A stretch of DNA of 64,000 bases from positions 3,344 through 67,343 of the forward strand of contig SFMU01000002.1 of the NCBI GenBank assembly GCA_004552965.1, in the 5' to 3' direction. The stretch's first letter is position 1; each line of letters begins with the position of its first letter. The notes beneath the pieces were generated by a model. It had not been told where the DNA came from. It saw nothing but the letters and a program-made list of their open reading frames with translations, and made no database searches. Positions 1 through 10,069 of this stretch are shown here, one piece after another. The position numbers were made by a program, and so were the translations under genes. The DNA comes from Bacteroidales bacterium (lineage in GTDB: Bacteria; Bacteroidota; Bacteroidia; Bacteroidales; UBA932).

Positions 1-2012
1 GGCACCATCGAGAATGCGAGCGTGTCGTAATATGGAGAAACCCAGTCCCCGAGCACATCGTTGATGATGTACGGATTGCCCTTTGCCGTACGGCGCGAGC
101 TGTTGAATATGAAGCGCTTCATGCAATCCAGATAGTCCTTTGAAGGTCGGGCCTCGGAATAGTGGCGGTAGAGGTCTCCGGCGACCCGGACGAGGGCGGA
201 CGGCCAGGTGGTGGAACTGTTGATGTCGTAGTTGGTGCTCGGCGCCACGGTCGGCAATGAACCGTCCGGGCTCTCGGAGTCAACAAGGCAGCGCAGCCAG
301 TTGGAGTAGAAGTTGGCCATGTCGAAATTGTACATCGCCGCCTCGGATGCGATGAAGGCATCCGCCGTCCATCCCTGCTTCTCGCGGTGAGGGCAGTCGG
401 TCGGGATGCTCATATAGTTGCTCAGCATCGAGTTTATGCTGTTCCTCTGCAGAAGGTTGATGGAAGGATCGCTGCATTCGAAGGAACCGGTGCTCCGGAG
501 GTCGCTGTGTACTGGAATGCTCTCCACACCGAGCACTTCCACGTCTGCGTCGGCAGTGACCCGGACGTACTGGAAACCTTTGTAAGAGAAATGGCACTCG
601 AAACATTCCCCCTCGGAGTCTCCCTTCAGGATGTAGCCGTTCTGCTGCCTGACACGGATTTGGCTGTCGTAGAATGAGGCATATTCATCGGCAGGCCTTG
701 CGCAGTTCCGGCGGTATTCCGGCAACCACGGGACAAGGAGAGTGTCGTTCACGATTTCGCAATATTCCACAAGCACGCGCTGTCCGGCCTTGCCCTTGAC
801 TTTCACTCGTGCCCATCCGGCCAGGTTCCGGCCCATGTCGTACACGGTCTCGGTCGGGCTGCGTCTCAGGCTCTTCACAGGTTTCAACCCTTCGAAACAG
901 CGGACCGGAGGCTGGCACTGGAACTTGAGGCTGGTCTTCCAGTCCACTTCGGCTACCGGCTTCCATGCAGAATCGTCGTAGTCCGCAGTAGCCCATCCTT
1001 CGTGCTCCAGTCTTGCGTCGTAGATCTCGCCGAGGCGGGTGTCATCATAAATAATCGGCCCGCCTGTCGTGCGCCAGCTTCCGTCCGTGCCCACCGTGCT
1101 CACGCTGCCGTCGGAATATTCAATGCGGAGAAGGGCAATTGCCTTCGGCTGGCCCACCCATTCGCTCTTGCATAGCCTCCAGATGTCATTGCTGAGAGGA
1201 TTGTACTGGCCGCGGCCTATCATCATCCCGATTGCATTCTTCCCCGATTTGAGCATCGGGAGTACGTCGAAGGCTTCGTAGGAGGTGTGCTTGTTGTAGT
1301 AGGTCCATCCCGGGTCGAGTACCTGGTCGCCTACGCGCTCGCCGTTGATGAAGGCTTCGTAGTAGCCCAGGCCGGTGACATAGAGCATCGCCCTGACCGC
1401 TTCGGCCTTGACCTCGAAATCCTTCCTCATCAGCGGGGACGGGTCGTAGGCGGGCTTGGTCATCTCCGCGATGTCCCAGATTGTCATGCCCATGCCGTTG
1501 TACAGGGGCCAGTCAAGTTTCTCCACGGCCTTCTCTGCGGCTTTCCGCTGCTGCCATTCTTCACACCACAGGCCGTCTGGCTTTGCAGAAATCCAGCGTG
1601 CCGGAGCCCAGTCCTCTGCCGAGATTGCTCCCATCGCCCACTCTGCGGTCCGGCTCCATGCAGAAGCCTTGCCTTTTTCGTCCCAGATGCGGACTTTCCA
1701 GTAGCATCTGCTGAAAGACTCAAGTCTTTCTCCGGCATATTCAACGGCTATTCCAGAGCCCTCCCGGCGGCCGCTGTCCCAGAGGTCCGGCTTGTCGGAC
1801 GCGAGCAGTTCCGGTGTGCTGGCAACCATCACCTGCCAGGCGGTCTGCATGGCATTCCTTGAATTGCTCTTCATCTGCCAGCTGAGCAGGGGGTGGGCGT
1901 TGTCGATGCCAAGAGGGGATGTGAGATACTCGCAACGGAGATTGACCGCTACCGCCGCGTCAGCGCAGACGGCCGTGACGATGCATGCCAGTACGGCAAG
2001 GATTCTTTTCAT
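1..2012 (-). CDS. Alpha-L-rhamnosidase (GH78), secreted; 3' end runs off the window
   Basis: Manual translation (absent from ORF track because no stop in window): signal peptide MKRILAVLACIVTAVCADA, then NLRCEYLTSPLGID..P.LSW, GLGYYEAFINGERVGDQVLDPGWTYY, GEIYDAR, YDMGRNLAGW, typical of Bacteroidota GH78. Confidence 0.9.
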   Translation of the reverse strand, partial: MKRILAVLACIVTAVCADAAVAVNLRCEYLTSPLGIDNAHPLLSWQMKSNSRNAMQTAWQVMVASTPELLASDKPDLWDSGRREGSGIAVEYAGERLESFSRCYWKVRIWDEKGKASAWSRTAEWAMGAISAEDWAPARWISAKPDGLWCEEWQQRKAAEKAVEKLDWPLYNGMGMTIWDIAEMTKPAYDPSPLMRKDFEVKAEAVRAMLYVTGLGYYEAFINGERVGDQVLDPGWTYYNKHTSYEAFDVLPMLKSGKNAIGMMIGRGQYNPLSNDIWRLCKSEWVGQPKAIALLRIEYSDGSVSTVGTDGSWRTTGGPIIYDDTRLGEIYDARLEHEGWATADYDDSAWKPVAEVDWKTSLKFQCQPPVRCFEGLKPVKSLRRSPTETVYDMGRNLAGWARVKVKGKAGQRVLVEYCEIVNDTLLVPWLPEYRRNCARPADEYASFYDSQIRVRQQNGYILKGDSEGECFECHFSYKGFQYVRVTADADVEVLGVESIPVHSDLRSTGSFECSDPSINLLQRNSINSMLSNYMSIPTDCPHREKQGWTADAFIASEAAMYNFDMANFYSNWLRCLVDSESPDGSLPTVAPSTNYDINSSTTWPSALVRVAGDLYRHYSEARPSKDYLDCMKRFIFNSSRRTAKGNPYIINDVLGDWVSPYYDTLAFSMV

Positions 2013-2156
2013 GATATGATATTGATTTATTATGTTTTCAGTGTTGTCATACAAATATACCATAATATTCTTGAATATAATTTTTCTATTTTTGCATAAC
2101 GCGTTTTGCATAACGTGCCGCGTACAACCGCATGCTGACAAATTTTTCATTTGAAT

Positions 2157-4655
2157 ATGAACTATCGAATTCTGACCGTACTGCTCTGCCTGGCATTGAT
2201 GGCTGGCAGAGTTTCTGCCTCCGGGCCTCTGAAAAATGCCGATGAGGAGAGAATCAATTCATTGATTGAACAAATGACCCTTGAAGAGAAGGTCCGCTTC
2301 TGCTATGGCTGCGACATGGGTTTTGCCGGACTCGACCGTCTGGACATCCCTGTGGTCCCTTGCTGTGACGGGCCGAGAGGGCCGAATGCCAAAATCGGTA
2401 CGACAGCCTTCCCGAGCGGGGTTGCCCTCGGTGCGACCTGGAATCCAGCCCTTGTCGAAAAGGCCGGTGAGGTGATGGGCGAGGAAACACGTGCCTGCGG
2501 AAGGGGAGTGCTTCTCGGCCCGGCTTGCAACATCCTGCGCGATCCTCTCGGCGGACGTTTCTTTGAATATTATACCGAAGATCCGATGCTCAACAGCAGC
2601 ATCGCAGCCGCCCATGTCCGTGGTATCCAGAGCCAGGGCGTCGCTGCCTGCATCAAGCATTTCGCCTGCAACAACCGCGAGGAAAACAGGAACTTCTATT
2701 TTTCGGTGGTAGACGAGCGCACCCTCCACGAAATCTATCTTCCCGGATTCAAGGCAGCTGTGGATGCGGGAGTGATGACTGTGATGACTGCTGCCAACGG
2801 AATCAATTACAACTATGTGAGCGATGACCGGACTTTGCTTACAGATGTTCTCAAGCACAGATGGGGCTTCCAGGGTTTTGTGATGACCGACTGGCTTGGC
2901 ACCCGATCCACCCACAAGGCCGCCTGGGCCGGATTGGACGTTTCCATGCCGGGCGGTGACCAGTGCGGATTCGGTGAGCCTCTGCTCAAGGCTGTGCGTG
3001 AAGGAAGTGTTGCCGAATCAGAGATCGATGACAAGGTCCGCAGGGTGCTTCGGGTCTATGATGCGCTGGGCCTTCTCGATGGCAGCCACGATGCCCTTCC
3101 GGAGCCGGAGATTGCCACAGAGGAACATTGCAGCGTGTCCAGGGAGACAGCGGCAGAAGGAATGGTCCTCCTCAAGAACGAGAACAATTCCCTGCCTCTC
3201 AATCCCAAAAAGGTCCGGAACATTCTTGTGACCGGCCCCAATGCCGACAAGAAGCTCTGTGTTCTCGCGATGGGCGGCAGTTCCTGGGTCCAGGCTCCTT
3301 ATGAGATAACCGTTCTTGACGGGCTGCGGAAGGCTTTCGGCGACAACAAGGTTACCTACATTCCATCTGATGAACTCGGAGGTTTCTCCCTCATCCCGGA
3401 TGAAATGATGATGGCAGACGGGGAAAGGCAGGGAGTGAACGCCCGTTTCTACCGGCATGGATCGGGCGAGCCTGTCGTTTCGAAGGTCGTCGAAAGGGTG
3501 GACTACATGTGGGAGATGAAGTCTCCTGATCCGGCTATCAAGGTTGATGAATTCAGGGAAGCACGTTTCGACACCTGGCTCCATGCAAAGGAAGATGGAA
3601 GGTACACTGTCAAGTTCATTGTCGGAGGAGGCTCTCTCCTTGCCTACAACAATGAGTGGGCAGGAGCTCCGATTGCCCTTCTGTCCTCGAACCAGGGAGG
3701 AGTGGTGACGGCCAACGTGGAAATCCGGAAGGACAATCCTTTCCACCTCTGCGTAATGTACACAAGGGGAGTCGGTGATGCTGCTTTGAGAATCGAAATC
3801 GAAACCCCGGAAAGCGATGCTTCCGAAAGGCAGCTCGCACGTCTGCGCAAAGCAGCAAAGAAGGCGGATGCCGTGATTGTGGTAGGAGGAATAGACCACA
3901 GCATCGACACCGAGGGACGTGACCGCCAGAGCCTTGACCTGCCACAAGCCCAGGCAACCCTTGTCGAGAACCTCTCACGCTGCAACAGCAATGTCAGTCT
4001 GGTCCTTCTCAATGGCTCCCCTCTGGAACTGGGTTCTGTCGAGCCATATGCTTCATCCATCCTGGAAGCATGGTATCCGGGTCTTGAGGGAGGAAATGCG
4101 GTCGCCGACATCATCACCGGCAAAACCGATCCTTCCGGCCGTCTTCCTTTTACATGGGCAAAGACTCTCGAAGACTATCCTTGCCGCAAAGCCTGGCAGG
4201 ATCAGGACCACGTCCTCTATACCGACAGCCTCAATGTCGGTTACCGCTACTTTGACCGCAATCCTGAAGGAGAATTGTATCCTTTCGGCCATGGACTGAG
4301 CTACACCACTTTCTCCTACAGCGACATGTCTGTCAGGCCGGTCGGCGATGGCAGTGTTGAATGTACTCTCAAACTGGCCAACACCGGCAAGCGTGACGGT
4401 GCGGAAGTCGTCCAGATCTATGTCAAGCCCCTGAATCCTTCGGTCAACCGTCCTGTACACGAACTCAAGGCCTTCGAGAAGGTCTGGCTGAAAAGCGGGG
4501 AAAGCCGTGAAGTGAAATTCATTCTCGGCCGCGACGCTTTTTCATTCTACGATGTGACTCTCGGGGATTGGAAATATGACAAGTGCCGCTACCTGATTGA
4601 AGCAGGTAGCAGCACCCGGAATATTCATCTGGGCCAGGAAATCAACCTGGACTAG
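2157..4655 (+). CDS. GH3 beta-glucosidase with PA14-like insertion and C-terminal Fn3-like domain
   Basis: Signal peptide; MTLEEK, DGPRG, GRFFEYYTEDP, KHFACNN, VMTDW nucleophile motif, YPFGHGLSYTTF; ATG at 2157 preferred over TTG at 2151. Confidence 0.92.
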   Translation: MNYRILTVLLCLALMAGRVSASGPLKNADEERINSLIEQMTLEEKVRFCYGCDMGFAGLDRLDIPVVPCCDGPRGPNAKIGTTAFPSGVALGATWNPALVEKAGEVMGEETRACGRGVLLGPACNILRDPLGGRFFEYYTEDPMLNSSIAAAHVRGIQSQGVAACIKHFACNNREENRNFYFSVVDERTLHEIYLPGFKAAVDAGVMTVMTAANGINYNYVSDDRTLLTDVLKHRWGFQGFVMTDWLGTRSTHKAAWAGLDVSMPGGDQCGFGEPLLKAVREGSVAESEIDDKVRRVLRVYDALGLLDGSHDALPEPEIATEEHCSVSRETAAEGMVLLKNENNSLPLNPKKVRNILVTGPNADKKLCVLAMGGSSWVQAPYEITVLDGLRKAFGDNKVTYIPSDELGGFSLIPDEMMMADGERQGVNARFYRHGSGEPVVSKVVERVDYMWEMKSPDPAIKVDEFREARFDTWLHAKEDGRYTVKFIVGGGSLLAYNNEWAGAPIALLSSNQGGVVTANVEIRKDNPFHLCVMYTRGVGDAALRIEIETPESDASERQLARLRKAAKKADAVIVVGGIDHSIDTEGRDRQSLDLPQAQATLVENLSRCNSNVSLVLLNGSPLELGSVEPYASSILEAWYPGLEGGNAVADIITGKTDPSGRLPFTWAKTLEDYPCRKAWQDQDHVLYTDSLNVGYRYFDRNPEGELYPFGHGLSYTTFSYSDMSVRPVGDGSVECTLKLANTGKRDGAEVVQIYVKPLNPSVNRPVHELKAFEKVWLKSGESREVKFILGRDAFSFYDVTLGDWKYDKCRYLIEAGSSTRNIHLGQEINLD

Positions 4656-5935
4656 ATTCTGTCAAGTGCCTGGCTGATGTCGGCGAGGATGTCATCGATG
4701 TCCTCGATGCCGACAGAGAGGCGGATGAGGTCGGGAGCAACACCGGCCTCTTTCAATTGTTCCTCGGATAACTGCCGATGGGTGTGGCTGGCCGGGTGCA
4801 GGACGCAGGTCCTGGCATCGGCTACGTGGGTCACGATGTTGATTATTTCGAGCGAGTCCATCCACTTTATCGCGGTCTCCCTGTCGCCCTTCAGCCCGAA
4901 TGCGAGAACCCCGCAAGAGCCGTTCGGGAGGTATTTGAGAGCCTTTTCGTGGTTCGGGTCGTCCGGCAGGCCGCAATAGTGTACCCATGCAACCTTCGGG
5001 TTCGCCTGGAGGAATTCTGCCACGGCCTGGGCGTTGCGGCAGTGCTGGGCCATCCTCAGGTGAAGGGTCTGGAGCCCGAGGTGGAGCAGGAACGAATTCT
5101 GGGGTGCCGGTATTGATCCGAGGTCGCGCATCAGCTGGGAAACGAGTTTTGTGGTGTAGCCCATCCTTCCGAAATCCTTGACATAGGTCAGGCCATGGTA
5201 AGATTCGTCCGGAGTGCAGAGTCCGGGGAATTTCTCCGCATTGGCCATCCAGTCGAAGTTGCCGCTGTCCACCACTGCACCTCCTACCTGGGTCGCGAGG
5301 CCGTCCATGTACTTTGTCGTGGAATGGGTGACGATGTCCGCACCCCATTCGAAAGGCCTGCAGTTGACAGGAGTTGCAAACGTGTTGTCCACGATGAGGG
5401 GAACACCGTTCCGGTGCGCTACTGAGGCGAATTTCTCTATGTCGAGAATCTGGCATCCCGGATTGGATATGGTCTCCCCGAACATGGCACGCGTGTTCGG
5501 CCTGAAGGCGGCCTGGAGTTCCTCTTCCGAAGCGTCCGGACTGACGAAAGTGCAGTCGATTCCGAGCTTCTTCATTGTTACTCCGAACAGGTTGAAAGTC
5601 CCTCCGTAGATTTCATTCGAAGCGATGATATGTCCTCCGGCCTCGCAGATGTTGAATACGGCGTAGAAGTTTGCAGCCTGTCCGCTGGAAGTCAGCACTG
5701 CCCCCACGCCTCCCTCAAGCTGGGCAATCTTTGCCGCAACCGCATCGTTGGTGGGGTTGGCAAGCCTGGTGTAGAAATAGCCGTCCTTCTTCAGGTCGAA
5801 AAGGAGAGCCATCTCTTCACTGTTGTCGTACTTGAAAGTGGTGCTCTGGATGATAGGCAGTTCGATAGGCTCGCCGTTACCGGCTTTATAGCCTCCCTGC
5901 ACGCACAGGGAAGCGGTCTTGAGCTTGTTGTTCAT
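4652..5935 (-). CDS. metY: O-acetylhomoserine sulfhydrylase (Cys/Met metabolism PLP enzyme)
   Basis: YTRLANPT, SSGQAA, VDNTFATP, HSTTKY PLP lysine, HPASHTHRQL, IRLSVGIE. Confidence 0.88.
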   Translation of the reverse strand: MNNKLKTASLCVQGGYKAGNGEPIELPIIQSTTFKYDNSEEMALLFDLKKDGYFYTRLANPTNDAVAAKIAQLEGGVGAVLTSSGQAANFYAVFNICEAGGHIIASNEIYGGTFNLFGVTMKKLGIDCTFVSPDASEEELQAAFRPNTRAMFGETISNPGCQILDIEKFASVAHRNGVPLIVDNTFATPVNCRPFEWGADIVTHSTTKYMDGLATQVGGAVVDSGNFDWMANAEKFPGLCTPDESYHGLTYVKDFGRMGYTTKLVSQLMRDLGSIPAPQNSFLLHLGLQTLHLRMAQHCRNAQAVAEFLQANPKVAWVHYCGLPDDPNHEKALKYLPNGSCGVLAFGLKGDRETAIKWMDSLEIINIVTHVADARTCVLHPASHTHRQLSEEQLKEAGVAPDLIRLSVGIEDIDDILADISQALDRI

Positions 5936-5965
5936 TGTCTGTCTGTTATCTTTTGAATAAATTGG

Positions 5966-7549
5966 CTACTCCCACTCGATTGTTGCCGGCGGTTTGGAGG
6001 AAATGTCGTAGACTACCCTGTTCACGCCCTTGACCTTGTTGATGATTTCGTTGGAGACATTGGCAAGGAAATCGTAAGGGAAGTGGAACCAGTCTGCGGT
6101 CATCGCGTCGGTGGACACCACCGCTCTCAGCGCAACCGGATTCTCGTAGGTCCTCTCATCACCCATCACACCGACACTCTTGATCGGCAGGAGGATGACA
6201 CCTGCCTGCCAGATTGCATCGTAGAGCGTCTTTGCCTCTACACGCGGATCTGAGGCTGAAGGCAGATGGAGTGAGGAACAGTCATAGTTGCGCAAGCCCC
6301 TGATGTAGATGTCGTCGGCCTCGCGCAGAACCCTGAGCTTTTCCTCGGTGATCTCGCCGATGATTCTGATAGCGAGAGAAGGACCCGGGAACGGATGTCT
6401 TCCGACCAGCTCATCCTTGATGCCCAGAGCGCGGCCCACTCTGCGGACCTCGTCCTTGAACAGCATCCTCAGCGGCTCCACGATCTTCAGATTCATCTTC
6501 TCCGGCAGCCCGCCCACATTGTGGTGGGACTTGATTTTCGAGGCGATTCCCTCTATGCCGGCCGATTCGATGACGTCAGGGTAGATGGTTCCCTGAGCCA
6601 GCCAGCGGGCATTGCCGACAGTCCTGGCGTATTTGTCGAAAGTCTCGACGAAGAGCCTTCCGATGATCTTCCTTTTGGTTTCCGGATCGCTGACTCCGGC
6701 AAGCTCCGCGAGGAACTCCTTCGATGCGTCAGCTCCGATCACGTTGAGGTCCATGCTCTTGTAGGATTCGAGGACATCTTCATATTCATTCTTCCTGAGC
6801 AGGCCGTTGTTTACGAATATGCAGGTGAGGTTATGCCCTATGGCCTTGTTGAGCAGGGCGGCGGCCACTGTCGAGTCCACGCCTCCGCTGAGCCCGAGGA
6901 TGACTTTGTCGTCCCCGACCTGCTTCCTGATCGCCTCCACCGTGGTCTCTATGAACGAATCCGGAGTCCAGTCGCCCTTGCATCCGCATATTCCCAGAGC
7001 GAAATTGCCGAGAATCCTGCTTCCTTCCGTCGTGTGGAAGACCTCCGGGTGGAACTGGACGGCGTAGGTTTTCTCTCCCTTGAAACTGAAGGCTGCGTTG
7101 GTCACGTTCTCCGTCGATGCGATGACCTCCGCCCCTTCCGGCAGCCTGGAGATGGTGTCTCCGTGCGACATCCAGACCTGTGAGGCTGCAGGCACTCCGG
7201 ACAGGAGAGGGGAATCCTCCCTGACGACCTGCATGGTGGCGCGTCCGTACTCCCTTGAGAGGGACCCTTCCACATCGCCGCCGAACCTGTAGGCGAGATA
7301 CTGGGCGCCGTAGCATATTCCCAGAAGCGGAAAGACTCCCTTGATGCCGCTCAGGTCGATCTGAGGGGCATTGCTGTCCCTGACCGAGCAGGGGCTTCCG
7401 GAGAGGATGACACCTTTGACGTCGGCATCGAGGGCCGGCACTTTGTTGAACGGATAGATTTCGCAATAGACATTCAGCTCGCGCAGGCGGCGGCCTATCA
7501 GCTGGGTGACCTGCGAACCGAAATCAAGGATGATGATTTTTTCTGCCAT
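5966..7549 (-). CDS. guaA: GMP synthase (glutamine-hydrolysing)
   Basis: [36 protein letters not shown]-terminal KPPATIEWE. Confidence 0.98.
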   Translation of the reverse strand: MAEKIIILDFGSQVTQLIGRRLRELNVYCEIYPFNKVPALDADVKGVILSGSPCSVRDSNAPQIDLSGIKGVFPLLGICYGAQYLAYRFGGDVEGSLSREYGRATMQVVREDSPLLSGVPAASQVWMSHGDTISRLPEGAEVIASTENVTNAAFSFKGEKTYAVQFHPEVFHTTEGSRILGNFALGICGCKGDWTPDSFIETTVEAIRKQVGDDKVILGLSGGVDSTVAAALLNKAIGHNLTCIFVNNGLLRKNEYEDVLESYKSMDLNVIGADASKEFLAELAGVSDPETKRKIIGRLFVETFDKYARTVGNARWLAQGTIYPDVIESAGIEGIASKIKSHHNVGGLPEKMNLKIVEPLRMLFKDEVRRVGRALGIKDELVGRHPFPGPSLAIRIIGEITEEKLRVLREADDIYIRGLRNYDCSSLHLPSASDPRVEAKTLYDAIWQAGVILLPIKSVGVMGDERTYENPVALRAVVSTDAMTADWFHFPYDFLANVSNEIINKVKGVNRVVYDISSKPPATIEWE

Positions 7550-7646
7550 TTGTGATGGTTGTTAGGAGAGACAAAGATACGAATTCTGTCCGAGAATTTT
7601 CCGGGAATTCTTCCGGCTGTCAAGTTTATGATAAAAAATGGTGAAA

Positions 7647-7706
7647 AGTGAATATTATTTGAAAAAATATCCATATATTTGCATTACTTTTGAATATTTA
7701 TACTCG
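7647..7706 (+). promoter_or_regulatory. Three putative ARG boxes overlapping a Bacteroidota -7 promoter element (TATATTTG, 7674-7681)
   Basis: 14-bp cores TGAATATTATTTGA (7649), TCCATATATTTGCA (7670), TGAATATTTATACT (7691), each 2 mismatches from TGMATwwwwATKCA, at exact 21-bp period, directly upstream of argR. Confidence 0.65.
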
Positions 7707-7710
7707 AAGA

Positions 7711-8175
7711 ATGAAAGGAAAACAAGAAAGGCACAATCTGATCAGGCAGATAGTGAAAGAGCACAAAGTGGCTAACCAGGAGGAGCTTTCCTCCCTGCTG
7801 GAACGCCATGGCCTCAGTGTCGCCCAGGCTACCCTTTCCAGAGACATCCGCGAGCTCCACATCACCAAGGCTCACGGGGAAGATGGCTACTGTTACCGTC
7901 TGCAGACCCAGCGTCCCGAGACGGCATATTCGGGATTCAAGACTTCGGGAAGCATCCTCAGCCTTGAGACATCCGGGAATATGGCGGTGGTCAAGACCCG
8001 CGCCGGCCATGCTCCGATGGTGGCTTCCCTCATTGATGAGGCTGAGTTTCCCCAGGTGATGGGCACTATTGCCGGCGACGACACCATCTTCCTTGCGCTC
8101 AGGGATTCTGTCCGGACCGACACCTTCCTGTCTTCCTTCTTCTCCGTGCTCGGAATGCCCGAGAACAAACGCTAA
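7711..8175 (+). CDS. argR: Arginine repressor
   Basis: QEEL, QATLSRDIREL winged HTH, GTIAGDDTIF arginine-binding motif; ATG at 7711. Confidence 0.95.
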   Translation: MKGKQERHNLIRQIVKEHKVANQEELSSLLERHGLSVAQATLSRDIRELHITKAHGEDGYCYRLQTQRPETAYSGFKTSGSILSLETSGNMAVVKTRAGHAPMVASLIDEAEFPQVMGTIAGDDTIFLALRDSVRTDTFLSSFFSVLGMPENKR

Positions 8176-8199
8176 TGGACATAGAACAGACAAACAGAC

Positions 8200-8820
8200 A
8201 TGACAACCCCAGAACTTACAGTGGAGGTGGCTTCGGAGAAACACCTCAAGTTTGTGGATGAGATTCTCAGGACGATAGAAGATGCTGCCAAGGTCAGAGG
8301 GACCGGCATCGCCAAGAGAAAACCGGAATACATTGTTCAGAAAATCAACCAGGCCAAGGCTGTGATAGCGATGAGCGGCGAGAGGTTCGCCGGGTTCAGC
8401 TACATCGAGACTTGGGAGCATCACCGGTATGTGACCACCTCGGGTCTGATTGTCCATCCCGATTTCCGGGGGATGGGTGTGGCCAAGATGATCAAGGACA
8501 TGACCTTCACCCTTGCAAGGATCAGATGGCCGAAAGCGAAGATATTCTCCCTGACCAGCGGGGCGGCCGTGATGGCGATGAACACCAAACTGGGTTACAA
8601 GCCGGTGACTTTTGCCGACCTGACCGACGACGAGGCCTTCTGGAAGGGCTGTGAGGGCTGTATCAACGTGGATGTCCTCAAGCGTACCGGCCGCAAGTAC
8701 TGCATCTGTACCGGGATGCTCTTCGATCCGGAGGAACATCTCCCTGCGAAGATACCTCAGGAAGTCCTGGAGCGGATCCGCAAGATCGATGCTGAGCAGC
8801 ACCAGTCGGAAGAAAAATGA
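8200..8820 (+). CDS. GNAT acyltransferase, probable N-acyl-glutamate synthase of the arg operon
   Basis: GLIVHPDFRGMGVAK acyl-CoA-binding motif; lies between argR and argG; C-terminal CEGC/CIC cysteine cluster. Confidence 0.8.
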   Translation: MTTPELTVEVASEKHLKFVDEILRTIEDAAKVRGTGIAKRKPEYIVQKINQAKAVIAMSGERFAGFSYIETWEHHRYVTTSGLIVHPDFRGMGVAKMIKDMTFTLARIRWPKAKIFSLTSGAAVMAMNTKLGYKPVTFADLTDDEAFWKGCEGCINVDVLKRTGRKYCICTGMLFDPEEHLPAKIPQEVLERIRKIDAEQHQSEEK

Positions 8821-8848
8821 ATCATTATCGGATAACGAAACGAATATT

Positions 8849-10069
8849 ATGGATAAAAAGAAAGTTGTGGTCGCGTTCAGCGGCGGTCTTGACACCTCCT
8901 ACACGGTGATGTACCTTGCAAAGGAGAAAGGCTATGAGGTTTATGCGGCTTGCGCCAACACCGGAGGATTCAGCCCGGAACAGCTGAAGACCAATGAAGA
9001 GAATGCGTACAAGCTAGGCGCCAAGTCTTATGTGACTCTGGATGTGACCAGGGAGTACTATGACAAGAGCCTGCGCTACATGATTTACGGAAACGTCCTT
9101 CGCAACGGCACTTACCCGATTTCGGTATCTTCCGAGAGAATATTCCAGGGTATGGCCATAGCCCGTTATGCGAAGGAGATCGGCGCAGATGCCATTGCGC
9201 ATGGTTCGACAGGTGCCGGCAACGACCAGGTCCGCTTCGACATGACCTTCCTCGTGATGGCTCCGGGACTGGAGATCATCACCCTCACCCGTGACAGCAA
9301 TCTCAGCCGCCAGGAGGAGATAGACTATCTCAATTCCAATGGTTTCCCGGCCGATTTCAAGAAACTCAAGTATTCCTACAATGTGGGAATCTGGGGGACC
9401 TCCATCTGCGGAGGCGAAATCCTCGACAGCAGGCAGGGCCTTCCTGAATCTGCCTACCTCAAGCAGGTGGAAAAGACCGGCAGCGAAGTCATTGCCCTGA
9501 AGTTCAGCAAGGGACAGCTCGTGGGAGTCAACGGAGAGGAATTCACGGATCACATCAAGGCCATCCAGAAGGTTGAGGAAATCGCCGCTCCTTATGGAAT
9601 CGGCAGGGATATGCACGTCGGAGACACCATCATCGGCATCAAGGGTCGCGTCGGCTTCGAGGCTGCAGCGCCTATGCTCATCATCGCCGCCCACAAGTTC
9701 CTCGAAAAGTTCACCCTGAGCAAGTGGCAGCAGTACTGGAAGGACCAGGTCGCAAACTGGTACGGAATGTTCCTGCACGAGAGCCAGTATCTCGAGCCTG
9801 TGATGAGAGACATCGAGGCTATGCTCGAAAGCAGCCAGCGCCATGTCAACGGAGTCGTGACGATGGAACTCCGTCCATATTCATTCCAGACCGTCGGAGT
9901 CGATTCCCCTGACGACCTCGTCAAGAACAAGCTCGGTGAATATGGCGAAGGCGCCAAGGGCTGGACTTCGGATGATGCAAAGGGTTTCATCAAGGTGACC
10001 TCGACGGCGCTCCGTGCATATTACCTCAATCACAAGGATGAGGCTGAACAAATTGAAAATGAACTGTAA
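8849..10069 (+). CDS. argG: Argininosuccinate synthase
   Basis: KVVVAFSGGLDTS, HGSTGAGNDQVRFD, GIKGRVGFEA; ATG at 8849. Confidence 0.97.
   Translation: MDKKKVVVAFSGGLDTSYTVMYLAKEKGYEVYAACANTGGFSPEQLKTNEENAYKLGAKSYVTLDVTREYYDKSLRYMIYGNVLRNGTYPISVSSERIFQGMAIARYAKEIGADAIAHGSTGAGNDQVRFDMTFLVMAPGLEIITLTRDSNLSRQEEIDYLNSNGFPADFKKLKYSYNVGIWGTSICGGEILDSRQGLPESAYLKQVEKTGSEVIALKFSKGQLVGVNGEEFTDHIKAIQKVEEIAAPYGIGRDMHVGDTIIGIKGRVGFEAAAPMLIIAAHKFLEKFTLSKWQQYWKDQVANWYGMFLHESQYLEPVMRDIEAMLESSQRHVNGVVTMELRPYSFQTVGVDSPDDLVKNKLGEYGEGAKGWTSDDAKGFIKVTSTALRAYYLNHKDEAEQIENEL

Noticed and set aside
2136..2151. CTGACAAATTTTTCAT as a third copy of the lon/peptidase palindrome
   Set aside because: Spacing is one base longer and no sigma54-like element accompanies it
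5936..5965. SAM riboswitch before metY, or purine riboswitch before guaA
   Set aside because: The metY gap is only 30 bp and the guaA -7 element lies about 22 bp from its start, leaving no room
8651..8848. Long N-terminal extensions in the ORF track (argG, lon, coaD, gmk, rsmG, phosphoesterase, 41465 ORF)
   Set aside because: They overlap upstream genes or promoters; family homology begins at the downstream ATGs used here
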